Assembly (NCBI GenBank): GCA_002269645.1
Contig: NIVC01003839.1
Coordinates: forward strand, 10,430 to 74,429
DNA from: Macrostomum lignano
Taxonomy: Eukaryota
Length of the DNA: 64,000 bases
Direction of reading: 5' to 3'
In this document: positions 1 to 32,985 of the stretch, piece after piece
Position numbering within the stretch: position 1 is the stretch's first letter
Layout: each line of letters starts with the position of its first letter
Translations under genes and position numbers: made by a program
The notes under the pieces: generated by a model
Seen by the model: the letters and a program-made list of their open reading frames with translations, nothing else
The model's database searches: none
What the model was told of the DNA's origin: nothing

Positions 1-409
1 CGTCAGACTTAATGCGCCCATGATAGGCTAGACAACCGATTTCCAGCGAAAATCACCTGACAAATCTCATAATAAACAATGACTGCACGTTTGCCTTTCG
101 GTGCAAGTGACGAGCAGACAATGGATGCCTTTGTGACTCGTGAGTTAATTGTAGCGGTAGCTACCGTTTCTTTACGATAGCAACCGGCCATAGATTGCTA
201 AGCCTTTGACTTGTGCCACAATTTTGTTACATTTGACTCTGCAAATGATAAATGACACAATTTAATTGGACTTTTTTGAAGCTGTCAAGCGACTTCATCC
301 GCAACCTAGAACTCGCTCAAGTACCAATATTCATGTAGTACACTGTTCTCATTTGTTCTCGTTGTACATGTTACTCGTTCTAGACTATAACAGGGTATTC
401 TGGGACGCT

Positions 410-849
410 AGAATTCGCGCGACTGGATTTCAGGCAAATGGACATTCACGCAGCTGCATTAGCGCGGCGCGACTGCATTAGCGCGACTGGATTTTGAACA
501 ATCTGGAATTCAAGCGACTAAATTCAAGCGACTGGATTTAAATACATGCAAATACTCCTATCTAATCTAAATCTATCTAAAATCTTAAATATGGGTTTAA
601 AATCTCTTAAATGAAAAAACCCAATATCTCTACCAGGACTAATAAAGTAGTACGTACTACGTTGCTTAGTTGTCCTTAATTGATCTCTACATGTAACTCA
701 AATCCAGTCGCTCGAAATCCAATCCAGTCGTGCGAAATCTAGTCGCTTGAAATAAGTCTAGAGAAATCAGTAACTTCAATTTCAATTCGCGCAAAATCTA
801 GTCGCGCAGAAAACAAGTATAGCGCGAAATATATGGTCGCGAGAATTCT
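410..849. mobile_element. Foldback/MITE-like element with internal inverted sub-repeats
   Basis: AGAATTCGCGCGAC (410-423) is inverted relative to GTCGCGAGAATTCT (836-849), 1 mismatch. GCGACTGGATTT-like motifs recur in 420-540 and their reverse complement AAATCCAGTCGC recurs in 700-810. No TSD found. Confidence 0.5.
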
Positions 850-3357
850 GCCAGTGTTCCAGTGTTCAAATTGAAATCCCTATAGTTTGGAAACCAAAAA
901 TTATCTTAGTGCCGATGATGCACTTTTAGTACCACTAAAATTGCTTTTCAAATTCATGGTACAATTCAAAAACAGAATGAGTATAGTGTGTATACATAGA
1001 AATGGAAAAGAGCCGGCCACGGAATCATGTGCATCCGGCTGCGCCACTGGGTTTGATTAAAATCTTGGAAAATTTAAAGAGAATGAAGAAATCTGATTTT
1101 GCGTACAGTATATCTATTATATGTAGATGTATTATATGTTTAAATATTATCGCAATAAAGAGTGTATATGCGTAATCCCATCTAAAATAAATAAAAATAA
1201 ATATTTTTACTAAGCATGCTCAAGGCATATGAAGCGTACATAGCTGAAGCTGAACATTAAACATGTAATACGTGTAGCTTAAGTAAGCAATCGGGATAGC
1301 TGTACTGTAAATGTACTACTCATGTACATGCGCAGAAACAGAGATATATCCGGTTGTTTTCCGCTCATTCAGACAACGTGAGCGTATATTTTCTGTTATA
1401 TCCGAATGAGCGTTAGAACAAAAACTCACCTAAAGCAAAGACATGATTATGTGCGTCCAGTCAGAGAAATCCCTAGGACATTTTGATTCTTTTTTTAGTG
1501 ATTTTTCACAGCCGTTAATTTTAATACTAAGCCTAATTTTTTGATATCAGGCTTTTGTTTTTTCCTGGTCCTTCCTTCTATTTTAGGAAACTAATTCAGT
1601 CATTGTGCAATATGCTCGTATAAGCCGACTTCTAGAGACTTGCAGCCTGACTTGTGATAAGTTAGATTTGGGTTGGTCCGCCTGCGTTTAAATTTCAGGT
1701 TTAGTTCACTTTTACGTTTCACCTAGGCCTATACTATTATATGATTTAACTCACCTTCGCTTCATGGATCTAGATATTAGTTAGTGCTTTAACTTAAGCC
1801 AAGGCCTAAAGTGTAGGCCTAACTTCAAAAAATCTCACTCGTCTAGTTTTAGCCCCGGTTCTGGCCTAGTTTTATTGCTTTATTTTTTTTCTGACCCATT
1901 AATCCACAATGGCAGCACTGCACACCAAGATTATTTAGATATCTCATATGCACTGCACATTGCATGTCAAGGGAATGGGAAGGGCCTTATCTACATTGGG
2001 TGCCACACACAAGACTAGCAGAAGAAGTTGAAAGCAAAAATGCACTCGTATTTTTTGGGGACTTTGCTTAAGTAAAAGCAGTGAAGCCTGTTTAAACAAA
2101 TTAAATTCTTTCTTTTCCATGGATCAGATTACTTTTTTGTCTTTTATTGTATTGCAAAGTTACAAAAATATGTATGTTATATTAATTTATAATTATTTTT
2201 TAAAAATGTTATAATTATAAAAACTTTCAATTAAGACATTGCCAATTTTAAATATCCATGTCTAGCCAAATCCAAACCTCTATTTTATTTTTGAATCTAT
2301 TTTGCATGCGGTTATATGCCAAATTTTTTTTGTAAGTATTGCTATATCTAAAGTCTCTTTGCATATATTATTGCATATTGCATAAGGGCCAAAAACCCTT
2401 ATGCACGCCGCAACTTTGTGGAGAAAACAGCATCTTTGGAAGAGTGGTCTAGTTCTAATAGGCCTATATAGATGCTATTTAATTTTTCCAACGTAAAAAA
2501 TATTCTGATTAATAGAACAATGAAATTGATAGATGCTACTTAGGCCTACCTTAAAAGCTAGAAAAACAATTGCTAGTATATTTCTAGTATGCTTTTTTGC
2601 ATATGTTGCTTAACTTTAAGAAAAAATAAGAGAGAAATTTTTACAAATGGCTAAATTGTAAGGCCTAGGGTTCACATTTTTTCTACCTAGAAAATTTTTT
2701 AATATGCTAGTAGACAGTTTCCATGCATTTTGCCTATGCTTTTTGGTACCCCAGATTGCTTTTTGGTATCTCAGTTTATGATGCCAAAATGATAAGGCCT
2801 AATAAAAAAGTAATCTAATCAATTTAATTGCATGCATTTGCTATATCCTATATATACAAATACAAAGTATACTTAGCAAGCGTGCTATGAAGACTTAGTT
2901 AGGAAGTAAAGATAAAATCCATCAACAATGCTATATGTAGTTTTTATCAAATTCTATGACTAGTCTATTATAATAATATTGATTTTTTGAATCACAAAAT
3001 CATGTTTTATTTCTTGAGAAATCAAATCAAGAGAAAAAAATTAAATGAAATGAACCTATTTTTTAATTAACACACTAGATCAGCTTAATAAACTGAATAA
3101 TACCTTAGTTTTTAAAATAAATATTGCAAAAACAAAGCAATTACTGCTAAATTAGGGCTCACTTTTTATATTTTTGTGTCTAATTCTAATTTATAATTTA
3201 GGCACTAAAAAGTAAGCTGAGGCATCAAAATGCTAGGCACCAGTGGTCCCAGGATGGCGCAAATTCACACCAGGCGCAAATTTTGAGTAAAGTGGCGCAA
3301 ATGCGCGAGTTTTTCTGCTGTGGTGCAAATTTTTTCTAACTGACTGGCGCAAATTTT

Positions 3358-4138
3358 TTGCAACTGAGTGGTTCTTTTGACATTGGTTCTCTCGAAGTAG
3401 AGGCTCGACTGCATCAAACCGAAATTTATTCCACAGCCAATGCTGATTTGGACATTGTTACATTCTGGCAAAGACTTTCCGAGCAAGTGGGGGACAAGTG
3501 CCCTCTATTGATTCGACTTGTTTGCGCACTTCTAATCCTTCCTAATGGAAGTGCAGAAGTTGAGCGCATCTTTAGTACTTTGAGTGACACGGTCACAAAG
3601 AAACGCTTAGTTTTGAAACCGGAAACAGTCAGGGCATTGGTTGTGGCTCGTTCCTGCCTTCAAGCTCAACAATGGACTGCAGCTACTCTGCCAGTGACTT
3701 CTAGTCTGATCAATATGTGTAACAGTGCCTACGCCAGCTACCGTCAAAGACTGAAGGATGATGCAGCTTTTGAGGAGGCACGCCGTGCAAAGGAGCTCGC
3801 AGAGTCGCCTGCTTCTCGGTCCAAGCCAAGAAGCAGGCCAGTAAGGCCATTTCCAATCTGCACGAGAAGTTGGAGGAGAAGGACAAAGAAATTGAGACTA
3901 AACTTAAGGAGAAGGATGTCGCCCACCAGCTGCTGCTGGATGCTCAAAAAGCTGAGAAACGAGAACGAGAAATTGAGATGCTGTGACAGGATCGCAACAA
4001 ACTCCAGAGGCGCAAAGAGAAGGAGGCAGAGTGTGTGACTGACAGTGTGCTAAAGCAAAAGGCATGCAAGCTGGCAATGGCCAGTTCGGAGGCTTATGCA
4101 TCGGTGAAATCGCTTCCCAAAATCCTGAAGCGTCTATG
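3358..4138 (+). pseudogene. hAT transposase C-terminal fragment (dimerisation domain plus coiled-coil tail), disrupted
   Basis: FWQRL...CPLLIRLVCALLILPNGSAEVERIFS matches the hAT dimerisation motif. A frameshift near 3800-3820 leads into a K/E-rich tail (LHEKLEEKDKEIETKLKEKD) with an in-frame TGA near 3982. The catalytic N-terminal part is absent. Confidence 0.85.
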
Positions 4139-4235
4139 ATTTTCCTTATCTCTAGCTGACTTGACTGACTGCGCACTTTTATTTTACTAATATTCACTTT
4201 TTATATTAGGGTACATTCACTTCTAGTTAGCACTA

Positions 4236-4579
4236 AGCCAGCACCATAGCAACGAGGGGTTTTCCCTTGGATACGTATCTTTCCTTAAGTGCGCCAGCTG
4301 GCGCTATATAGTACCACATAGACAAACATTTGTGCCACCTTTTGATGCTGCCTTCACACCTTGAAGTTTAAGTGAGATCCCACAATGATGAAAAGAAAAA
4401 TGTTTTTTTTTCGTAATTTTTAAACTTCTACTTTCAGCGCCCAGAAATGTCTATCAATGCCACTTTTTGCCAGAAGGTGGCACACACGTTTGTCTATTTG
4501 GCACACGCAGAGCGTCAGCTGGCACACTTAAGAAAAGATACGTATCCAAGGGAAAACCCTCGTTGCTATGGTGCTGGCT
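4236..4579. mobile_element. Nested foldback element with ~105-bp inverted arms inside the hAT element
   Basis: AGCCAGCACCATAGCAACGAGGGGTTTTCCCTTGGATACGTATC... (4236-~4341) is near-complementary to ~4474-4579. No clear TSD. Confidence 0.7.
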
Positions 4580-6209
4580 GGTTGCTATAGAGCGCCGCCG
4601 CCGTACATCCTGATGTTGAGGTGAAGAATACACGTCTATGAAAGTGCATTACCATACAAGCTAATAGCATTGGCATGTTTTGAACTTTTGAAGCTTTAAA
4701 CTTTAAAGCCTGCAGGCAAAAATATTTGTTGTCTTATTGCTACTTTTGTTCTGCGCGAATTCTGGCGCGAATTTTTTTTCATGGCACGAAAAATCATAGA
4801 CATCATCGCTGGGACCACTGCTAGGCACTGAAAAACATAGGCACCAAAAAGTGTAGATACCTAGCAGACTAAAGTTGATTGTTCTTTTGGCTCTTAAAGC
4901 AGGTGTCATTTAACAAATTTGCTTTTCTATTGATTAGAATGTTTTCCATATTGGAAAAACCAAAAAATCATCTATATACTAGAGCTAGAGAGCATAGAAT
5001 AAAAGTTTTGCTGTTTTATTAATCAGAATGTTTCATATCTTGGAAAGACCAAATGATATTAGTATATACTTGAGCTAAAAACAGAATAGAAATTTCTGCT
5101 GTCTAAGTCTACCTTAAATTGTGTTCAGCAACAATAACTTGATAAAGAATGAGAAATAATTTTCGAAGTTATTTTCTTTAATTAAATAATACAAAACAAA
5201 ATATATAAATATTTATTTATTTCAATCTTTATGATCAACCAAATATATTCAAGATGTCAAACTATATATACACAACCATTGAATTTATTAGGCCTACTTA
5301 CATGTCTTAGTATTTTATTATAACTTATCATTCTTTGCAATTTTTTCTTTTTGTATTTTTTTTCATTCCATTGCTTTTTGTCTTTTTTATTGTTGGTTAT
5401 AAATTTTATGACTTGTTCTTAGTCTGCCACAATTTATCCTAGTTAGAGCCACCATATCTATGCAATGAACCTAGCTGATCTAAGCATTTTCATAGTAGCA
5501 CATTGCGCAACCAATCAACCCAAGGCTAAATAAGTAAGTTGCACATAGAATAAAAACATTAAGAATGAATAAAAGAAAGAATAAAAGAAAAGCCTACATT
5601 TGTGATCAAATCAAGAGAGAGAAGCCAGAGAGAAGATAGAAAGGATAGAGAGAAGAGAAAAGATTAAAATTGGATATAGAGCAAAGCTATATTTCAAAAT
5701 GCTTTGTAGATATCAGTGTCTCATATTTTTATATTGATATGTTTTACTATGTTACACTAGCCAGGTAAAATTTAGATTGCAAAGGTATGGTCAGCCAGTA
5801 GGCTAGCAGTTGTGCATGTATGTTCCAGTCCCTTTGACTTTAATTTTTTATATAGAAGTTTTTTTATAAAATATAATTTTTAGTTCATTGACCTCAAATA
5901 GTTAAAGTAGGCTGGGGAAGTATGGCCACATAGAATGTGAAAGACAGTTAGTTTCCTCAAGGTTATAGTTAATTACAAATAAGCTAAAATTATTGGTGGC
6001 ATAAATATCTAGCCACTATTTAGAATAAAGGCTCAGTCTATGAAGCAGCTCTATATTAAACTCAGTTCTAGTTTTTGATTTGCAAATATAGTTTGTGCTG
6101 TCTGTTTTATACTTTCATTAGTTTGATTTTGATATTACATTTTCACTGATAAACTCTATTTATTGCATGACTAGATAGTAATAAGTTATCAAGTTTGGAA
6201 TACACATAA

Positions 6210-10605
<4,396 letters not shown>

Positions 10606-13600
10606 GAGTTCTCGGAATTATTGACAAGTTCAAAGCTCTAACAACGGGCGCCGCCATGCTGTGTGAACAATAAACAAATAATCAAATTAAATTCAGAACG
10701 CGCTTTCCCTAGCTACTTGAAGTTATTTTTTGATCAGCTAATTCTCATGTCAGCGTTCTCTCCCCTAATTTCTAAGCAGATAATATTCTTGTGTTGTGGA
10801 AAATTTCTCAGCCTCGGAACAGCCTATTGAGAAATTGAGTTGTTTATTTGTGTGCACTATATCTTGTTTAATTAACATGTTGTTCGTTTCACTCCAGCCA
10901 ATGGTAATCACTAACTACTCCAGCGCATCCCAAATCTACGCTCGTATATACGATATTGAAACGTTCTAGCCTTCCCGAGAGGCAACTGTTGAGTCACGAG
11001 CGACGCAGACAATCAACGCCTCAAATTGACTTTTAGGCGACTCTTTAACGATGGCACATATTCAAGTGACTCCAGGACGCTTCTTGGCTTAGGTTCCGTT
11101 TTGATCGACCTTGACATTTTCCAGTAATAAAAAATCCGGTAGTTATTTTATAATTGCCAAAACGTTGCAAGCTTTGTCTAATTTGGTGGCCGATTTCGCT
11201 TTCCCGTGCCTGGCTAATTCCATTCCGCCTATTTTATAGTATAAGTTGTAGCATAGCAACGAATTGTTTATCTTAGCTACGCTTTACAGTTGAATCTGTT
11301 GATTGCTAAGAAATTTTATAACAATCCGTATCTAAGGTAAACAATATCGTCGCTAATTTGTTTACAATCTGCTGGCTGAATTTTCTATCTTTATTTTCTC
11401 TTTTTTTGGCGTGTGATAAAAATACTTACACTTTTTCTATTGGGTATTCAATATCTATTATCTTTGTTATTTTTTAGTCTTCTGCTATACTATTTATCCA
11501 ATTCCTAGAAGCGAGTGCATCCTTGCTGACTGAGATTGATACGGCGCTGTGCACAAGTGCCGCAGTCTCCGCCGTTTTGCCTATTATTCCGCACTAAATA
11601 TATAATTCCTTTGTATTTTCCCTTATAATAGTTCAGTTCAGACAAATTGTATTTGAAACTTACATATATGCAAAACAAAACAAATAAACATGCCCTCGGA
11701 AATTGATTTTTCATAGTCTCCAACCAATTCCGTCAATTTTTCTGACGTCTTTTTTCACGCAGTGAAGTGCTTCTTTACTTTCCTATTGAAACCTTGTAGC
11801 AGAAATTCGGAATACAGACGAACATTAGGTAGGTAGATAGTAAGTACGAGCTTAATTATTGTTGAGCCACCTCACCACCTACAATGTTCAAAATCATCAC
11901 AACTACGAGTACATTGCACTAAAATCGAATCGTATTATAAAGATATGTTAATTAAAAATACGGAATCAATAATTTAGCTGGCTTTAATATATTTATGATT
12001 GTGTGTGCAACTAGTGCGACGTCTACATGTACATATTATTAACTGCCAATCGCAACTGCATCTGCACGTACGTATTTTTGTTTGCAATTACGTATACGAC
12101 TTGTGTTTAGTACTTTTATATCTAGATTTGCTTCATCTGTAGCATAAGTAGTGGTATTAGTAGCTAGTTATGAATCAAACACTTTTATTATAATCACCAT
12201 CACATTTTAACTCGGCTGCGTGCGATGAACGTCCAATTTTCCTCAATATATTAAACCGGTGTACCTACCGTTTTTGCTTTCGGGGAAAGCATACTACTAA
12301 AACAAAGCGTACATTATCGTAGAAAGGTTTCATGAAAATCATGAAAAGGTTTATCGTAGGTATGTATTTTTTATTTTATAACTATTTTAATATTTTCTTT
12401 AACAATCTAAACTACTTGTCTGGCTATGCACAAACAAGAAACGAAAACAAACCTTTAAATTGTTTTTGAAAATAGATGAACTTATAAATTAAGTCTCTTA
12501 GACTGGCTAGAGTGACGACAAGGGTTTTATAGAGTAAGAGTCCTTCGCTACTGCTGTCACCCTGAATCGAATCAGTTAATACTTATCAGTGTAGAAAGTC
12601 CAGTACAGTATATGCAGGAAAGAGACAGCACCAATGATGATTTAAAAATATTGGAGAACTTTCTGCTGCGCATGCGCACCTCACTTCTAAAACAAAAATC
12701 AAGTGGCCAGGCCAGGCCAGTCAATCCCTCAAATTCTCAGAATAGTGAGGGAAGTAAGCCATTGGCATAGTCAGGAAGGTGGCACACTGTGTGCCAAAAA
12801 AATTAGGGACACAATATATATACCCTGTGTACTGTTTGTGAACTATCTGATACATTTTTGTGCCTTAAGTTCTAACCCTTAATGACTATCTATATAAGAC
12901 ATACATAGAAATTTTAAATTTGGAAGTCACAGAAAGTGCAAATTACACAAAATACTTTAACAAATGTCTACAAAATGTTTAACAACAAATTCCTCACTAA
13001 ATAAACTAATAGTATAAAAAAAATACAAATTGTATTTGTTTGCTTTTTATATATACTTAGATTTTTTGTTAGAGTAGGCCTATGTATCAGCATTACAATA
13101 TAAGAGAAGCTTTACTATTATAGTTTTTTACAACCTAAATTTGGATGCTAGATACCAAATTAGGCCTAGCACCTTGTTTTTAAGTGAAATATAGGCCTAG
13201 TTAAAGTCCCAATAACAAGCCTAGATTGTTTCTAAGCAAAGCTCAAGTGAAGTAAAAACAATTTTTAAATAGTCAAGTTTAGGTCATAAGTTAGAATCAT
13301 TAAACAATAGTTATTATATAGTCATGGTCAAAAAGATCTTTAGTAGGCCCTAAATTTTAGGAAACTTTTTATTGCTTATATGAAATCTCTGCATTGTTTT
13401 TTGCCTTGATTTAACAACCTATAAAAACTCTATAAAAGTACATCTATATAGAACTATATATTGCTTATATGGAATCTATGCATTGTTTTTTGCCTTGCTT
13501 TAGCCTTTAAAAACAATATAAAAGCATATATATTGATAAATAAACAGACTAGCTTAATAAAGTTGAATACTTAACTTTTGAATATTAAGTTGAATACTTA

Positions 13601-13786
13601 TAAAGACTTAACTAGATATTATTAAATTTAAGTTATAAATTTTTTTGCAACCTCTGTTGTTCAAATAGATCTAGCAATATAATTAGGGGTAAAAATGCTG
13701 GTTCAATCTTTTTGAATCATATGAATCTATATTGCATGTTTGGCATGCCCCAGAGTACCATTGGGCTTTGAACATCAGCAATTTTT

Positions 13787-29287
<15,501 letters not shown>

Positions 29288-30082
29288 AGAATTTGAGCTC
29301 GCTATTGTTGGCCTGTCCAACAGAGTTGTGCGTCTATCTATTTTCTTACGCAACAGATATTTATTTATTGATCAAAAAGGATTTACAACACGAATATGCA
29401 TATTTTTCTGCTAACTAAAATATTTTGCACTCTTTCTTCCACTGTCTTGTCTGAGTTTGTTGACTTATTAACTGCCTGTCTGCCTCTCAATGAACGCCGT
29501 GCGATAATTGTTGTTCTACCTAGATAGGCCACAGATCTTCTAATAGCAGAGAGGCTGCAGAAAAGGGAAATCAGATAACAAACTGGTCAGTAAGAATTAC
29601 CTCAGTAATTTTAATTATTTTTTTATGTTTTCTCAATGCATAGTGAAAAAAATACCGTCGACGTTCGTAAAAAACTACTGATTAGTAGTTTGCTCTACTA
29701 TGGCCTAACTAGAGATCACACTATCTACTGGCAAGGCCATTTATAAACCTAATAAGCCTATTATATATATTACTCATTGTAAAATGACTGTATAGTAATG
29801 TGTAGAGCTCACTTTATTTCCTAACTGTTCTCGTTTTACAATATTTACTTTAATCTTATTTCATTTTTTGCCTGTCAGCGGACGCGAGATCAGAGCTTTA
29901 GGCAGGAAAAGCAATTCACTTTTCTGTTAGCTGTTTATTTTCATACCGAGAACAAGCCTATTATATAAATATACATATACTCAAGCCATTATATTGCACA
30001 TTGCGCAGAGTGAGTTCTTTAGTAGTGTATTTATCCGGCCTTCAAAAAAATTCTAAGAAACTCCTATGTTCCCATGCATTGA

Positions 30083-30165
30083 ATCACCGAAGTTAAGCAA
30101 CGTTGGGTTTGGTTAGTACTTGGATGGGTGACCGCCTGGGAATACCAAATGCTGTTGTCTTTTTT
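30083..30165 (+). pseudogene. 5S rRNA-derived fragment (3' two-thirds plus oligo-T)
   Basis: ATCACCGAAGTTAAGCAACG...GGTTAGTACTTGGATGGGTGACCGCCTGGGAATACC...GCTGTTG followed by TTTTTT. The 5' third is not recognisable. Confidence 0.85.
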
Positions 30166-30589
30166 GCCTCTTTAACTGCCGCGCGCTCATTAAAACACTA
30201 ATTCCATGCAGCTGCTGCACGCATTAATACACTACTATATGCTCCCTTCGGCTTCGACTCGGTCTCGATCACGGAGAAATTCGCGATTCCCCGTGGTGCT
30301 TTATAATTTTCTATGCGCACTTTCCACGCGGTGACGCGATGCACTTCAGTAGTTTTTCGATCGTATCTCTCTAACACGGCAACTATAGTTTTATTTAATT
30401 TATATTAATATATTAATCAATTAGTAGGCGGCGCATAATTTGTACACACTGTCTAAACATGTCGTCGGCTAAAAGAAACGAAAGGCAGAGCTGCACATGC
30501 ACTTTTTGGCGCGTCTTTTCAAGCTGCAGTGCACAAGAATGCTGCACTAGTCGGCATAACTTACTTGGAGTAGATTAAATTCGACATAA

Positions 30590-30780
30590 TCATTTGCCCT
30601 AGGGCTCGCGGCTCAAGCGCAGAGCTGTGCACTGTTGGAGAGTGTGTTCCAGCAGGCGGACTCTTCTCATTGCCGAGAAAGAGCCGAAGCTGTGAAGTTT
30701 GCCAGCCGTGCCCCCATGCGCCCTGATCACCAACCGGGTTGATGAACTCTTGGTGCAGCTCAATCACCAATAACAATGTG
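30590..30780 (+). pseudogene. Possible highly decayed hAT dimerisation-domain remnant
   Basis: Fragments in different frames (LESVF, AGGLFSLPRKSRS, VDELLVQLN) loosely resemble the S..ER.FS.AG....RR..L motif. Weak. Confidence 0.25.
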
Positions 30781-32429
30781 CAACTTCTGAGCCGAGAGGG
30801 GCGTCATTCTGTTTTATGCTCTGTGCCTCTGGCATACATGTAGGGACTCAGAACGCGATTTGTTTTTTTGCTTCAGTAAAGATACAGGCCTACATGCAGC
30901 ATGGGGTCGTTTCAGTATGAAAATTCTGAATCCATCAGACGCAGTAGAATCGGGACAACCTGCTGTGTTGTGAGCTGTCTGCTCCTGTGATTGAAACTAT
31001 AGTATTCCAAAGTGCCTTTGGAAGCAGTAAACAAATAAGCTGTTCGGTAGAGATATTCTTGGTCAATATTTTACAAGTACACGGTCTATACAAAGCAGAG
31101 AGGTCATTTAGAGCAGAGAAAGTAACTAAAAAAATGTTTTGCTACGTCATCATTTGTCTAAAATTGTTTCGCCATAATATTCTTAACTAGAAAGAACTGA
31201 AGCACTGGCTTTTTTCAACGCAAATTAAGCATTGCACAAAAATGGTAATTATAGCTGCTAATTGGTAACTGGTAATTGTTTCTGGGTTTGCACAATTATC
31301 ACTTTTGAGCTAGTTTTATCCAGTTCTGATTCTTTCAGCAAAAAATGTATACATTACATATCGGGTTAGAAATAAAATTTTCACTTGTCAAAATTAGCGC
31401 TTTATGATTTTTTATTTGATTTGATACACTTTGATTCAATGTGAGATAAGGGAAAGGGAATTACCTAAGGCCATATATTATTACATATTGCATGTGTAAT
31501 TTTGATTACACATTTTTGAGCTTATATACGCGGTCGGCGCTAAAGTTTCCAATTGGAGTAAAATACAAAAAGCGCCGTATTTTATCCAAATGGCGTATTT
31601 ATTTAATAAGATGATTAAATAAATCTGTGATAAAAAGTTTAGGGTCGGGTCCGGCCGGGTTTTGGTTACCAGTTAGGGGTTCAGGGTTCAGAGGTTAGGG
31701 TCTGGGTTCTTGGTTAAGGGTAGGGGTACGAGGTTTTGGGTTTACCCAGCAGAACCCCGAAAAAATTGCCATCCCGAACACCTATTACACAGGATTGATC
31801 ACGCACAACTGTAAATATAGATAGCATTTGCTCATGCTCATGCTCAAGCTCATGCAACATGACTGCCATCATCTGTAGCCTGCAGAGTTCTAAAAAGTTC
31901 TTCTTAAAAAATTAATACTTGCCGTTCTACATTACTACTGTAGCCGTTATTGTAGTAGTAAATATTACTATTGTATACATGATAAATATCTTGCAATTTG
32001 GAGGCTTCTAGAAAGAGATAAAATGATGGATTTATTAATTAAAGCGGAGATTGCACAAAAAAATGCTAACGTTTTTCATCCATTTCCTTTCGGCATTTTT
32101 TCTCCATTTTCTCGTGTTGATGACTCGCTTGACTCGCTTAGCGGCGTCCCCCTGTTGGACCCCGCATGCAAGACTATACCCACAAGAGTCTAAGCAGGCA
32201 AGATGTACTCTTGTGCGGGACGTGTGCGATCGCCATCCATCACAACTCTCTAGTGATAGACGACCTATTGATAAGGGCACCTGCTGCGGGGCTTGATACC
32301 AACATCGTAAGCTGCACTGGCATGTCGTCGGGGGGGGGAGGGGGTTTCAGTTTTCATCTTCTGCAGCCGCGGTAATGGTGCAGCCAAAGGCTACCGTTTG
32401 AAAGTCAGCCACTTATCTGGAGAGCCCCT

Positions 32430-32985
32430 AGGCCTAACCCTCGGTCAGCCGCTCCCCCCAGCAGAGCTCCTATAGGCCTGACCCTCGGTCAGCCGCTCCC
32501 CCCAGCAGAGCTCCTATAGGCCTGACCCTCGGTCAGCCGCTCCCCCCAGCAGAGCTCCTATAGGCCTGACCCTCGGTCAGCCGCTCCCCCCAGCAGAGCT
32601 CCTATAGGCCTGACCCTCGTTCAGCCGCTCCCCCCAGCAGAGCTCCTATAGGCCTGACCCTCGGTCAGCCGCTCCCCCCAGCAGAGCTCCTATAGGCCTG
32701 ACCCTCGGTCAGCCGCTCCCCCAGCAGAGCTCCTATAGGCCTGACCCTCGTTCAGCCGCTCCCCCAGCAGAGCTCCTATAGGCCTGACCCTCGGTCAGCC
32801 GCTCCCCCCAGCGGAGCCCCTATAGACCTGACCCTCGGTCAGCCGCTCCCCCCAGCAGAGCTCCTATAGGCCTGACCCTCGGTCAGCCGCTCCCCCCAGC
32901 GGAGCCCCTATAGGCCTGACCCTCGGTCAGCCGCTCCCCCCAGCAGAGCTCCTATAGGCCTGACCCTCGGTCAGCCACTGCCTCA
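32430..32985. repeat. 44-bp minisatellite CCCTCGGTCAGCCGCTCCCCCCAGCAGAGCTCCTATAGGCCTGA (intergenic)
   Basis: About 12 units read directly. Confidence 0.95.

Larger units (their letters stand above)
3241..4820 (+). mobile_element. Non-autonomous, internally deleted hAT DNA transposon
   Basis: 12-bp TIR CAGTGGTCCCAG (3241-3252) / CTGGGACCACTG (4809-4820). Perfect 8-bp TSD CTAGGCAC (3233-3240, 4821-4828). Subterminal GGCGCAAAT-like repeats at 3255-3355. Confidence 0.92.

Noticed and set aside
1430-1765. Two minus-strand GTGAGT donors suggesting a gene upstream of the hAT element
   Set aside because: The only spliced reading (MKRRDFSDWTHIIMSLL*) stops early; no coding support.
31640-31785. G-rich TTAGGG-like stretch
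   Set aside because: Too degenerate for a telomeric array; more like a transposon subterminal remnant, and no partner end was found.
32051-32296. 81-aa ORF with hydrophobic start and several cysteines
   Set aside because: Hydrophobicity derives from T-rich DNA, there are five Cys with no clear pattern, and no polyA or codon support.
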